The translations under genes and the position numbers were made by a program. 64,000 bases of DNA, from NCBI GenBank assembly GCA_019058445.1, contig JAHPZA010000008.1, forward strand, positions 1 to 64,000, read 5' to 3'. Within the stretch, counting starts at the first letter, position 1; each line of letters begins with the position of its first letter. The notes beneath the pieces are model-generated. The model was given only the letters and a program-made list of their open reading frames with translations. It was not told the origin of the DNA and did not search any database. Of this stretch, positions 9,388 to 19,834 are shown one piece after another. The DNA comes from Promethearchaeota archaeon. GTDB lineage: Archaea > Asgardarchaeota > Lokiarchaeia > Sigyniarchaeales > SOKP01.

Positions 9388-10326
9388 ATGCAAAATATTT
9401 TAGTTATTCGGAACTTGGTCAAAAAATATGGATCCTTTCCTGCTCTTGATAGTTTTTCTTGCGATATTGCCAAAGGTGTTACTGGTTTATTAGGTCCTAA
9501 TGGTGCAGGGAAAACTACCTTAATTCGAGCATTTCTCGGAATTCATCCATTCGAGAGTGGTTCAATCAAATTTCTTGACTATGAACTTCCTAAGGACTTG
9601 TTAGCCGTAAAAGATAAAATTGGGTATCAACCAGAGGTTGATACTAAGATTCTAAAAACTTCTGCGATGCGTTATGTTACTCATATGGGAACAATGGCTG
9701 GTTTATCCCGAAATACTGCAAAACAAAGAGCTTTTGATACTCTACATTATGTTGGATTAGGTGAGGCACGATATAGAGATATGAATACGTTCTCCCAGGG
9801 AATGATGCAGAAAGTAAAACTTGCAACAGCTTTAGTCCATGATCCCTTACTATTACTCTTAGATGAGCCCACAGCTGGTTGTGACCCAGATTCTCATGAA
9901 CAAATTCTTGAACTGATTTCAGATCTTGGGAATAGTCATCACAAAAATATCATAATTTCGACTCATTTATTACCAGATATTGAAAGAACTGCAAGTCATG
10001 TTGTCTTAATGAATCGAGGAAAAAAAGTGATACAAGGAGATTTAAACAATATACTACGACAAGATGATAAAATAATTAACTTGCAGGTTCGTGTAGACGG
10101 GGATCATAATAAATTTGCTCAGCTATTACAAAATAATGGATTTGAGGTAACAAATGCTACCGAGATTATATCCTTTAATATTGAACGAGATGATGATAAA
10201 AAATACCTATCAATTTTTAAAATCGCTCGAAATAATGGAATGAATATCAGAATGATGACTACTTATCGCCAGTCTTTGGAAGATGTATTTCTAAATGAAA
10301 TTGCAAAAAATAAGTTGGAGAACTAA
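9388..10326 (+). CDS. ABC-2 type exporter ATP-binding protein
   Basis: GPNGAGKT, FSQGM, LLLDEP, STH. Confidence 0.93.
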   Translation: MQNILVIRNLVKKYGSFPALDSFSCDIAKGVTGLLGPNGAGKTTLIRAFLGIHPFESGSIKFLDYELPKDLLAVKDKIGYQPEVDTKILKTSAMRYVTHMGTMAGLSRNTAKQRAFDTLHYVGLGEARYRDMNTFSQGMMQKVKLATALVHDPLLLLLDEPTAGCDPDSHEQILELISDLGNSHHKNIIISTHLLPDIERTASHVVLMNRGKKVIQGDLNNILRQDDKIINLQVRVDGDHNKFAQLLQNNGFEVTNATEIISFNIERDDDKKYLSIFKIARNNGMNIRMMTTYRQSLEDVFLNEIAKNKLEN

Positions 10327-10328
10327 AA

Positions 10329-11330
10329 ATGACAGAAGACCAGATGAATGCAAATTCAACCGATTATCTACAGAAATTTACTTATCGTTTATATGATGGT
10401 AAATTTCAACCTAGATGGATGCGAGTTTTATATTTAATCCGTTTTGAATTGATATCAACTTGGCGTAAAAGTAAGTTTGCTAAATATTTGATGATTATAA
10501 TCCTTGTATTTAGTTTTTTTTCAATATTGGGCGCCGCAATGTTAAAAGATATAGAGCCTGACGAGGGAGAAGGAAAAGTATCAGTAAGGGATGCGTTAAA
10601 CGAATCCATTGCAAGCTATTTCGCATTTAACCTTTCCTTTATTCTCTCTAATTCTGATGGTATTTCGTATGGCTTAGGTAGGGGATTAGCCATGTTGTTG
10701 TTTATTGTCATAGGACTTGCAGGTTCTGGATTTTTTGCCGATGATAAACAAGGGAAAGTAATTGAAATCTATTTATCTAGATTAGAAAAAAGAGAATACC
10801 TCACTGGAAAGGTTGGAGCAATTGTGATTTATATTAACATATTTGTCCTTCTCCCATTAATTATAACTGGGGTTCTCTTCGTGCAATCATTGGAAAAAGA
10901 TCACGAAAAATTTTTAGATTTTTATATGGGTATTATTATATATTCGGTATTGTGTTCTATAATACTTGGTTTATTTATTCTCGTTCTATCGATTTTTGTT
11001 GAAAAAAGATCCTACGCTAGTCTAATATTTTTCTTGGTTTTTCTTTTTGGTACAATCATAGGTCAGGCGATAACTTATGATAACTTGGATAACGAGTTTT
11101 TTTTACTAGTCTCTCCAACAAATTTCTTGGTCTTATTAGCCTATGTTTGTTTAGGTGATTATGATTTAGGTGTATGGGATGCGAAAAAAGAAAAATATGT
11201 TGAACTCAATCTTGATAATAGTGTAGGTCTCGAATATTGGCATGTGTTTCTTCAAGCATTCCTGTTAATTATAGTTTTTAGTTTACTTTTAGCCTATAAA
11301 ATATGGAAAACAACAACAGAGGAATTATAA
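10329..11330 (+). CDS. ABC-2 type exporter permease
   Basis: About 6 TM; DDKQGK.IEIYLSR..KREY..GK motif; operonic with the ATPases. Confidence 0.85.
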   Translation: MTEDQMNANSTDYLQKFTYRLYDGKFQPRWMRVLYLIRFELISTWRKSKFAKYLMIIILVFSFFSILGAAMLKDIEPDEGEGKVSVRDALNESIASYFAFNLSFILSNSDGISYGLGRGLAMLLFIVIGLAGSGFFADDKQGKVIEIYLSRLEKREYLTGKVGAIVIYINIFVLLPLIITGVLFVQSLEKDHEKFLDFYMGIIIYSVLCSIILGLFILVLSIFVEKRSYASLIFFLVFLFGTIIGQAITYDNLDNEFFLLVSPTNFLVLLAYVCLGDYDLGVWDAKKEKYVELNLDNSVGLEYWHVFLQAFLLIIVFSLLLAYKIWKTTTEEL

Positions 11331-12302
11331 ATGAGTAAAGCTTTAAATAATTTCGAAATCATTGCAAAAGTTGACAATGTAACAAAATCATTTGGGGAAG
11401 TTGTAGCTGTTAGCGACGCTTCATTTTCTATTGAAAAGGGAAAAATAACGGGCTTCCTTGGACCAAACGGTGCGGGAAAAACAACTTCAATTAAAATGAT
11501 ATTGGGATTAATCAGACCACAAAAAGGAAGAATTAGTTTATTTGGTAAAAATCCCTTTTATAATTCTAGAATAAAACAACTTATAGGATATATTCCTGAA
11601 GTAGAGGCTTTTCCCAAATGGATGAAAGCTCGAGATTATTTTTATTGGCTTGGACGTTTTCAGCTTACAAAAAAGGAGGCAATCCAACGGACAGATGAGG
11701 TTTTAGAAGAAATTGGATTGTTAGATGTCTCACATAAACGTATCAGGAAGTTTAGCAAGGGAATGAAGCAACGAATGAAGATTGGTCAATCCTTACTTCA
11801 TAAACCGGCACTGATAATCGGAGATGAGCCTTTTAATGGTTTGGATCCAGTTGTAAGAAAAAAAATGTTTGACTTATTTAAGGACTACGCTCGAAAGTAT
11901 AATTCCACGTTCTTTATTTCATCACATATATTATTTGAAATAGAGAAAATTTCTGAGACAGTTATTTTAATGTACAAAGGGAGGACTATTGCTCAAGGTT
12001 CGCCAATTCGCATAAGAGAGATGATTGACGATCAACCGCACTCCATCCAAATTACGGTAAAAGATTCAAAAAAATTATCGACATTACTTATCAATAATGC
12101 GAACAAAGAGGTTGTTTCACAAATCAAATTTCAAAAAGATGTCCGCTCAAATGAAGATCAACTCGTAGTTCTTACAAACGAACCGCGAGAATTTTATAGC
12201 TTAGTAACGGATCTCGTCTGTGATCACGAGATTCCAATACTAGAGATAAAAGCTACCGATGAGGGGCTTCAGAATTTATATAAATCCTTAACAATAGGAT
12301 AA
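11331..12302 (+). CDS. ABC-2 type exporter ATP-binding protein
   Basis: GPNGAGKT, FSKGM, DEP, SSH. Confidence 0.93.
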   Translation: MSKALNNFEIIAKVDNVTKSFGEVVAVSDASFSIEKGKITGFLGPNGAGKTTSIKMILGLIRPQKGRISLFGKNPFYNSRIKQLIGYIPEVEAFPKWMKARDYFYWLGRFQLTKKEAIQRTDEVLEEIGLLDVSHKRIRKFSKGMKQRMKIGQSLLHKPALIIGDEPFNGLDPVVRKKMFDLFKDYARKYNSTFFISSHILFEIEKISETVILMYKGRTIAQGSPIRIREMIDDQPHSIQITVKDSKKLSTLLINNANKEVVSQIKFQKDVRSNEDQLVVLTNEPREFYSLVTDLVCDHEIPILEIKATDEGLQNLYKSLTIG

Positions 12303-12313
12303 AAGATGATGTT

Positions 12314-13168
12314 ATGACTAATAGAGAAGAAAAGATTAACTCAACTCAATATATTGAAGAAATAGTTCGCGCTGTAAGTATAAAAAAAATGATCTATGAT
12401 CAGCAAGAAAAATTGATCAATAGTGTTATAATTGGTTTCAAAACCTTCTTAAACAGTAAAAAATGGTTGATTTACCTCCTCTTAGCTTTCATGTGGATTC
12501 CCGTCATAATTATCGTTGAAGATTATGATTTACAAATCGAAAAACCAGATGAGGCATTTGTCGACGCTATGCTTGATGGATTATTTCCCACCATATTTAT
12601 ATTCGGCTGTTTATTGCTTAGCTTACCTCTAAGCGCCGATGAAATCTCGGATCATTCGATAGACCTTTACCTCGTAAGACCAATCAAACGTGAGGTCTAT
12701 TGGCTAAGTAGATGGATCGTTGTAAATGTGGTAGTTTATTGTGTTAATCTTATAATATATTTTTTCTACTATATCTTTGTTCACGCATTTGCAGAAGATG
12801 GGGTGTTTGCAGGTATAGAAAAGAATCTACCTGTGTTTGGAAAGGTTGCGATTATTCTACTTTTGGCCACTTTAATCTATTCGGGATGTTTTCTCCTGGT
12901 AGGAATGATTGGCAATCGAGGCCTGCTTCTAAGCTTCATGTTAGCGATATTTGAGGTATTTCTCATTGATTTCTTTTTCCTGGGCGATAGTCTTTATATC
13001 CCTCAAAACAATATTTATGAAATTGCAAATGACTTATTACCAGACCATGTTGATTTTGACACGCCAGATGATTTAGAATTACTGAATGCATGGATATATG
13101 TTATTATATTCCCAATTGTAGTATTCTTTGCAGGTGCTTTTTATCTTAGAATGCGAGAAATTAAATAA
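12314..13168 (+). CDS. ABC-2 type exporter permease
   Basis: About 6 TM; ADEISD.SIDLYLVRPIKR motif. Confidence 0.85.
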   Translation: MTNREEKINSTQYIEEIVRAVSIKKMIYDQQEKLINSVIIGFKTFLNSKKWLIYLLLAFMWIPVIIIVEDYDLQIEKPDEAFVDAMLDGLFPTIFIFGCLLLSLPLSADEISDHSIDLYLVRPIKREVYWLSRWIVVNVVVYCVNLIIYFFYYIFVHAFAEDGVFAGIEKNLPVFGKVAIILLLATLIYSGCFLLVGMIGNRGLLLSFMLAIFEVFLIDFFFLGDSLYIPQNNIYEIANDLLPDHVDFDTPDDLELLNAWIYVIIFPIVVFFAGAFYLRMREIK

Positions 13169-13264
13169 TTAAATTAATTATTTTAGTATACATTTACCCC
13201 TCTACCCTTTATATTTTTATATCAATCTTTATTATTTTAATGTTTTTTTTAAAAGTGAGTATAT

Positions 13265-14083
13265 TTGAATAAGAAATATTACGATGCAAACAAAGAACTC
13301 TGGGATGAGCTTGCTAGGTTACATTATAGTATGGAAAATGAGGATTATAGTGTAAAATCATTTTTAGAGGGACTAAGCACTTTAAAATCTTATGAATTGA
13401 AAGAAATGGGGAATGTGAAAGGTAAATCATTATTGCATTTGCAGTGTCATTTTGGTCTTGATACACTTTCTTGGGCAAGAGAAGGAGCTATAGTAACTGG
13501 TATTGATATTTCCAGTGAAGGAATTCGATTAGCAAAATTACTAGCTAATCAAGCTAAACTTGAAGCTCGTTTTATTAAATCGAATTTTTATAATTTGCCG
13601 AAAATTTTATCTGAGGAATTTGACATTGTATATACATCAATTGGAGTTCTCTGTTGGCTGAATGATCTGAATGAATGGGCAAAAATCATTACACATTTTA
13701 TAAAACCAGACGGATTCTTTTATATTGCCGAGATTCATCCATTTTCAATGATATTTGATAATGAAACTAAAGATATCAAAAATCTTCAAGTTTATCGCAA
13801 TTACTTCCACGATCCTAAACCAATGGAATTTTATGCCGACGGATCATATGCCTCAGATGAAATCAAATTTGAACCAAAAAAGGAATACGAATGGGCTCAC
13901 AGCATGTCAGATATAATTAATTCACTAATCGAAGCCGGTTTAAGAATTGAATTTCTAAATGAATACCCTTTTACAGTCTGGAAGCAATTCTCGTTTGTAG
14001 AACGGGAACCTGATGGATTTTTTCGATTAAGAAACCAAAAAGCTGAAATTCCTCTTTTGTTCACATTAAAGGCTGTAAAATAA
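13265..14083 (+). CDS. Class I SAM-dependent methyltransferase
   Basis: LLHLQCHFGLDT, GIDIS, FDIVYTS.GVLCWL, EIHP; TTG start. Confidence 0.88.
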   Translation: MNKKYYDANKELWDELARLHYSMENEDYSVKSFLEGLSTLKSYELKEMGNVKGKSLLHLQCHFGLDTLSWAREGAIVTGIDISSEGIRLAKLLANQAKLEARFIKSNFYNLPKILSEEFDIVYTSIGVLCWLNDLNEWAKIITHFIKPDGFFYIAEIHPFSMIFDNETKDIKNLQVYRNYFHDPKPMEFYADGSYASDEIKFEPKKEYEWAHSMSDIINSLIEAGLRIEFLNEYPFTVWKQFSFVEREPDGFFRLRNQKAEIPLLFTLKAVK

Positions 14084-14258
14084 TCTCTTGTAGTAGTATA
14101 GAACTTTCCGAAATAAATACTAGCATGACTTTTAATTTATAAATAAAAAGAAGATATTGGTCCAACTGATAAATATAACATTTAATTAACAAATATTTAT
14201 AAAATCGTACTCCTACTATTGTTTTTGAGACTATTTAAAATAGCAAGAGGTTTTTATT

Positions 14259-14978
14259 TTGGAGCCATTTGAAATATTCAACGGATTTAGTCAAATTATA
14301 TTTGTTGTAATTGTTTGGATCGTGGGTATTAAGATTGCATCAAAATATGTTAAATTGGAGGAAAAAAATTTACTCTTCGTTGGGATTGTATGGATTGGAT
14401 TATCAGAACCTTGGTTTGCCACTGTAGTAGCCTTCATGCTTGCATTTCTTTTCGGGATACCAACTACAGTTGAAGCATTCCTTTTAATTGGATTCGCATT
14501 TACGCCAGTCACCATGGTTCTTTGGGGGTACGTAATTACCGATTTTATCTATAAAGAGAAACAAAAAATAATTCTATTAATTGTTGGAATTTACGGACTA
14601 TTGTTTGAAATATTATTTCTATTTTTACTCTTTACCCAACCATCTTTACTTGCCGAAATGATATCTCCCTGGAGAATTGTTTATAAACCTCTCATACAAT
14701 TATGGATTATTTCGCTTTTAGTTTTATTTGCAATCACCAGCTCATTGTTTTGTCGAGAATCCTTAAGATCAGACAATCCAAAAATAAAATTAAGAGGAAA
14801 ATTCTTACTCTTAGCGTTTATTACTTACATTCTTGGGGGAATCCTCGAAACTTTCTATACTCCCTTTATATATATGATAATTATAAAGCGGGTAGTCACA
14901 ATTAGTGCTTCAATAGAGTTTTATTTTGGATTTATTTTACCTGAACGGGTTGAAAAATTATTCTTAAAAAAAGATTAA
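14259..14978 (+). CDS. Stand-alone 7TM membrane protein (paralog of 58652-59362)
   Basis: Seven hydrophobic segments; shares IASKY, SD.P.IKL.GKFLL.AF and FYFG.I.PE with 58652-59362. Confidence 0.8.
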   Translation: MEPFEIFNGFSQIIFVVIVWIVGIKIASKYVKLEEKNLLFVGIVWIGLSEPWFATVVAFMLAFLFGIPTTVEAFLLIGFAFTPVTMVLWGYVITDFIYKEKQKIILLIVGIYGLLFEILFLFLLFTQPSLLAEMISPWRIVYKPLIQLWIISLLVLFAITSSLFCRESLRSDNPKIKLRGKFLLLAFITYILGGILETFYTPFIYMIIIKRVVTISASIEFYFGFILPERVEKLFLKKD

Positions 14979-15027
14979 ACCATCTAATTTAAAATAAAAA
15001 AATAATATTATCTTTATTTTTTAGTTA

Positions 15028-16446
15028 TTAATATTTAGGAATCATCTTAAGCGCTACATCCATAGCTTCGATAAACTTGTCATTATCTTCAGGAGTATGT
15101 TGCATACATGTGAATGCTCGGTTTCCGTACTTCGTAATCACTCCCTCAGACATCATAATAGTTGCTATATTATCAACTAGCTCTTTTCGCTTAATCGCTT
15201 TAGGAATGTTGTCCATGTCACGAATATCCATACATAACGGCGAGAAAGTCTCATAGTGAATGATTGATTTGTAGTTATAGGCAAAATATGGCCGATTATG
15301 GCTTTCAAAGAGACTATTTAATTTTTTTACTAGATCATCACCTGCTTTCCCGGCTTTCTCTATTACATTTTGTTCTTCAATAATTTTTATACCCCAATAC
15401 GTAGCGGCTACTGAAAGGGGATTTCCTCTTATAGTTCCACTGACAGACGCCTTTTTCCCTGAAACATCAATACCCCCCTCTACAACACCCATTACATCTG
15501 CTCTTCCTCCGATGGCTCCTGCGGATGGGTATCCTTGAGTAATAATCTTGCCAAATATGGTTAAATCTGGTTTAACATTATAATAGTTTTGAGCACCTCC
15601 AAGGTCTAACCTAAAGCCGGTAACCACCTCATCAAAAATATACAAGACATCGTATTGATCACATAATTCTCTCACTGTTTTATGAAATCCTGGTGGAATT
15701 GGAAGAGCTCCCGATTCTGCTCCTAAAGGTTCTACGATTACAGCCGCTACCCCACTTCTCTTTGCTGACCATTTTTTCAGATTTTCTTCTAATGCTTCAA
15801 GATCATTTGGTGGAAGTGATACTGTATCTTTATAACACCCTCGTGGGATCCCATCTGATTCCATAGCTCCGGAAAAGGGAATGTGTATATCGTAGTTTAG
15901 TTGGTCAGACCACCCATGGTAAGATCCTCCGAATTTAATAATTTTATCCTTACCCGTGAACACTCGAGCTATACGAAGAGCAGCCATATCTGCTTCTGTA
16001 CCTGATTGAAAATACATCATTCGTTCTATTGATGGGACATGTTTCTGAACCATTTTAATCGCTTTATTTTCCCACTCACAATTCCAATATAAATCTGGCG
16101 GAAGATCATTAAGCACTTTAATAATTTCCTCTCTAAAAAGTGGATAATTGTGCCCTAAAATACATGCTCCAGCACTCATCAAATAATCAATATACTCGTT
16201 ATTATCCACATCCCACATTCTCGTGCCAAGCGCACGTTTCATAGTAACTGCATATGGATCTTTAAGACACATCTGATGCTGAGTGCCTCCTGGGATTAAT
16301 GAACGTAATTCATCAGCCAACGGCTTTGATTTCGGTGATTTATCAGCAATTTTTTTACGTATTTTTGCCATATCTTCATCTGAAAAGCCTTTCACGGGAT
16401 TATCCCTTATAACTGCTATTCTTTTCTGAATTTCCTCAAATTCCAT
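15028..16446 (-). CDS. Class III PLP aminotransferase (glutamate-1-semialdehyde aminomutase-like)
   Basis: WDVDNNEYIDY, SGTEA, GSYHG, FDEVVTGFR, FGKII (PLP lysine), GT..GNP. Confidence 0.88.
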   Translation of the reverse strand: MEFEEIQKRIAVIRDNPVKGFSDEDMAKIRKKIADKSPKSKPLADELRSLIPGGTQHQMCLKDPYAVTMKRALGTRMWDVDNNEYIDYLMSAGACILGHNYPLFREEIIKVLNDLPPDLYWNCEWENKAIKMVQKHVPSIERMMYFQSGTEADMAALRIARVFTGKDKIIKFGGSYHGWSDQLNYDIHIPFSGAMESDGIPRGCYKDTVSLPPNDLEALEENLKKWSAKRSGVAAVIVEPLGAESGALPIPPGFHKTVRELCDQYDVLYIFDEVVTGFRLDLGGAQNYYNVKPDLTIFGKIITQGYPSAGAIGGRADVMGVVEGGIDVSGKKASVSGTIRGNPLSVAATYWGIKIIEEQNVIEKAGKAGDDLVKKLNSLFESHNRPYFAYNYKSIIHYETFSPLCMDIRDMDNIPKAIKRKELVDNIATIMMSEGVITKYGNRAFTCMQHTPEDNDKFIEAMDVALKMIPKY

Positions 16447-16628
16447 AATTTTTTCACTACCTAACTATCGTTTTTATTCAATTATGAAATAATAAAATGG
16501 TAGGATATTTAAAATTTTTAATCTAGATCTAACATTAAAAAATTTAATATAAAATAAAATAATAGGATCAAATATCCTAGAATTAATTAACATAATTTAG
16601 AGTAAAATAAATAAAAGGGAATAATAAA

Positions 16629-18335
16629 ATGCCGAGAGTAATAGATTTGGTCATTGACACGGTAATCGAAGCTGGAATAGATCATGCCTTTGGTTTACCG
16701 GGAGGAGTCACCCCTTTCTTACTACAAGCGTTTTATCAGCGAAAAGACGAGATTCGAACCATTATTGCTCGCCAAGAGGGAATGGCGGCAACAATGGCTG
16801 ATATGTATGGTAGATTAACAGGTAAACCAGGATTACTTATTGGACAAGGTATATGGATAGCAACAAATGGTGCATTTGGAATTGTAGAGTCCTTTTTAGG
16901 GGGAGTTCCGATGGTTATTATTACAGAAATATCTGATTTAGATAATTTAAGTCAACAAGCACCATATCAATGTGGATCAGGAGAATACGGAACAGTGAAT
17001 ATTCAAAATATATTTCGTTCCATGACTAAATATACAACTTATGCCACAACACCAGCCGAAGTTGTTTATGGTGTCCAATTGGCTATTAAACATGCGATTT
17101 CGGGAAGACCTGGTCCTGCGTGTGTGGTTACCAGATGGAGCTCTTTGGGGGGGAATATTGATGATCCAGCCACCTTATTACCGCCGCTTTATCCTGTAAC
17201 AGGATACCTGCGTGTGAGCCCTCCATGTATAAGTGATGTCGATGCTAAAAAAATAGCTAAAATGCTACTTGAAGCCAATAATCCTATTATGATTTGTGGA
17301 CGTGGTATACATGCTTCAAAGGCGTATCAAGAGGTTCAAGAATTAGCAGAAATTATTGGAATGCCCGTAACAACAAGTTATATGGGAAAAAGTAGTCTCC
17401 CTGATACACATGATCTTTCATTGGGAGTTATGGCATCGCGAGGTCAGAAATTAGCTTCAGATTTCATTAAAAGGTCAGACTTAATTTTGGCTGTAGGTAC
17501 TTGCTTAGCACCAGATAACACAAATAGTTGTAGTCCTGATTTGATCAATCCCAATAATCAAAAAATAATCCAAATTGATATCGATCCTCGCAATGCTGGA
17601 TGGACGTATCCTATCACGTTAGGGGTTACTTCTGATGCGAAATTAGCTTTACGAGCCATAATTGAATCAATTAAAATTATTGGTCCTCCCTCTGAAGTAC
17701 AAAAAACAATAGACGAAATTAAGTCAGAAAAACAAAATCCTGAAAATGAATTTTTCATTAGCAAATTTTATTTTTCAGACAAAGAACCAATTGAACCAGA
17801 ACGTGTTGTAAAAGAAATTAACGATTTATTTAGAGAAAACGATTTACTTGTGCTAGATGCTGGAAATAATCGAGTTTGGTTCACAAAATTATTTAAATCT
17901 AAGAAAGCCGGGCAAGTGATAGCACCAGGAGGAGCAGCAGGAATGGGATATTCCGCAGGTGCATCAATATCTGCAGCAATGCTCCATAAAGATGGAAAAG
18001 TAATACAAATAATAGGAGATGGTTCCTTATTAATGACTTTAGGAGCGATTGATATGGCTAGAGAATTTAACCTTCCTTTAGTTTATGTTGTACTAAATAA
18101 CTCAAGTCTGGGAAATGTACGTGATTTTCTTTCACGCAAAGGTCGTCCTTTAACACATTACCCCGAAACTAATTTTGCTGATATTGCGAAAGCCATGGGA
18201 ATTCAAGGAGTCAGGGTAGAAGGTGTAAGTGAAATCAAACCTGCTTTTGAAAAAGCTTTGAATAGTGAAGGGCCCATCTTATTAGATATAATTGTAAGTA
18301 AAGCTTCACATTTACGTATTAGAAGTTCCTTATAA
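16629..18335 (+). CDS. Thiamine diphosphate-dependent enzyme (acetolactate synthase-like)
   Basis: FGLPGG, RQE catalytic Glu, GRPGP, GDGS...NN ThDP motif. Confidence 0.9.
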   Translation: MPRVIDLVIDTVIEAGIDHAFGLPGGVTPFLLQAFYQRKDEIRTIIARQEGMAATMADMYGRLTGKPGLLIGQGIWIATNGAFGIVESFLGGVPMVIITEISDLDNLSQQAPYQCGSGEYGTVNIQNIFRSMTKYTTYATTPAEVVYGVQLAIKHAISGRPGPACVVTRWSSLGGNIDDPATLLPPLYPVTGYLRVSPPCISDVDAKKIAKMLLEANNPIMICGRGIHASKAYQEVQELAEIIGMPVTTSYMGKSSLPDTHDLSLGVMASRGQKLASDFIKRSDLILAVGTCLAPDNTNSCSPDLINPNNQKIIQIDIDPRNAGWTYPITLGVTSDAKLALRAIIESIKIIGPPSEVQKTIDEIKSEKQNPENEFFISKFYFSDKEPIEPERVVKEINDLFRENDLLVLDAGNNRVWFTKLFKSKKAGQVIAPGGAAGMGYSAGASISAAMLHKDGKVIQIIGDGSLLMTLGAIDMAREFNLPLVYVVLNNSSLGNVRDFLSRKGRPLTHYPETNFADIAKAMGIQGVRVEGVSEIKPAFEKALNSEGPILLDIIVSKASHLRIRSSL

Positions 18336-18472
18336 CCCTACTATTTTTCTGATATAAAGTCCTTTTTTTTTTCCCTTTCTTTTTTTTCTGAATCTATAAT
18401 TCAAAAACATAGATTTTAATAAAAGTTGAAGTAAGTAACTACATATAATTTAATAATAGAAATTAGAAAAAA

Positions 18473-19789
18473 ATGACAGAACAAGAAGAAATTGAATATA
18501 AGTCGTCTTATACATGGGTTTTTTCTATAAATTATTTTAACCAAGGTTTAGTAACAAGTATTTTGTCCGTGATAATTCCAATATATATCTTAATGATGAT
18601 TGCAGAGGGGGGAACTTCGATTACACCTTCTGATGTTGCCTATATCGCCTCTATTATTACAATCCCATGGGCAGTGAAGCTCTTTTTCGGAATTGTTGCA
18701 GATAAATATGGACTCAAAACATTAGGAAGGCGAAGACCTTGGGTTTTAGGTGCTTTATTGATATCATCGGTAGGCTGGATAATGCTCCCCGTTATGATAA
18801 CTCCAGTAAATGTGCTTCTAATGGTTACATTACTAGGATTTGTTATCAATTGCGGGACCGCATTCAGTGATACCGTTTTGGATGGTTTTATTATTGATAT
18901 TTGTCCAAAAGAGAGACTAGGTCGCGTTCAAGGATTTGTCTGGGGGTTGCGATCTATAGGGACAATCGCAGGAGGACCTGTACTTGCTCTCTTCATAGTT
19001 TTAGGACATCTCTCGGTAAATGCGATTTTTATCGGTGAGGCCATTTTAACAGTGTTCTTTGCTATTTCGATTCTTGTAGTAAATGAAAAAAAGGATTATC
19101 CTAAAGTAATGCTTAAAGAGCATTTCAAAGGCATGTTTAATACTGGTAGAGATTGGAAAGCCTATATGTTCGCTTTAGCAAATAATGTTATGGGTGATGT
19201 TATTGTTCTCTTTTTAGCCATGTTTATTTTAATAGAGATGGGCATTATAGAAATGAAAGGCAGAAATATAACCCTTGGGGAAAAGACATTGGAAGTGTAT
19301 CTTTTTCAGGCAAATGTAACTTTGCTTATCGCAATAGGGATAGTTATCGGGGCAGTTCTCGGAGGAATCATGGCCGACAAAAAAACGAGAAAATCTGCAA
19401 TTCATTTGGGGGTTGTGATAACCACAGCTTCTATTTTACTATTGCTAATCCCTGCAACTTGGGAACTTTTGCTTTTTTTTACAATAATAATCGGTGTTGC
19501 ACTCGGTTTCCGTCATTCCTCCTATTCAGCAGTAGTAGGTCAACTAGCTAAAAAGCATCCCGAAATGGATAGCACATACTTCTCAATCGCAAACTCATTT
19601 AGTAATTTCGGTGCAACCTTAGGACTCATTATCACGGGGCTAATTTTCCAAGTTTTCGGCACTTATGCGTTCTTATTTATTTTTCTCGCAATAATTAGTA
19701 ATGTGTCATTAATCCCCTTTTGGGCAATTAACGCTGAAGAATATGAACATAAAACAAAAGGAAGCACAATTGTGTCAGATATCAAATAA
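18473..19789 (+). CDS. MFS transporter (AmpG/BT1-like)
   Basis: 12 TM; IPWAVKLFFG..AD...LGRRRPW and D..LDG motifs. Confidence 0.85.
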   Translation: MTEQEEIEYKSSYTWVFSINYFNQGLVTSILSVIIPIYILMMIAEGGTSITPSDVAYIASIITIPWAVKLFFGIVADKYGLKTLGRRRPWVLGALLISSVGWIMLPVMITPVNVLLMVTLLGFVINCGTAFSDTVLDGFIIDICPKERLGRVQGFVWGLRSIGTIAGGPVLALFIVLGHLSVNAIFIGEAILTVFFAISILVVNEKKDYPKVMLKEHFKGMFNTGRDWKAYMFALANNVMGDVIVLFLAMFILIEMGIIEMKGRNITLGEKTLEVYLFQANVTLLIAIGIVIGAVLGGIMADKKTRKSAIHLGVVITTASILLLLIPATWELLLFFTIIIGVALGFRHSSYSAVVGQLAKKHPEMDSTYFSIANSFSNFGATLGLIITGLIFQVFGTYAFLFIFLAIISNVSLIPFWAINAEEYEHKTKGSTIVSDIK

Positions 19790-19834
19790 TCTTAATTTTA
19801 TTTTTTCTTTTTTTTCTTTTTTCTTTAAACGTTA

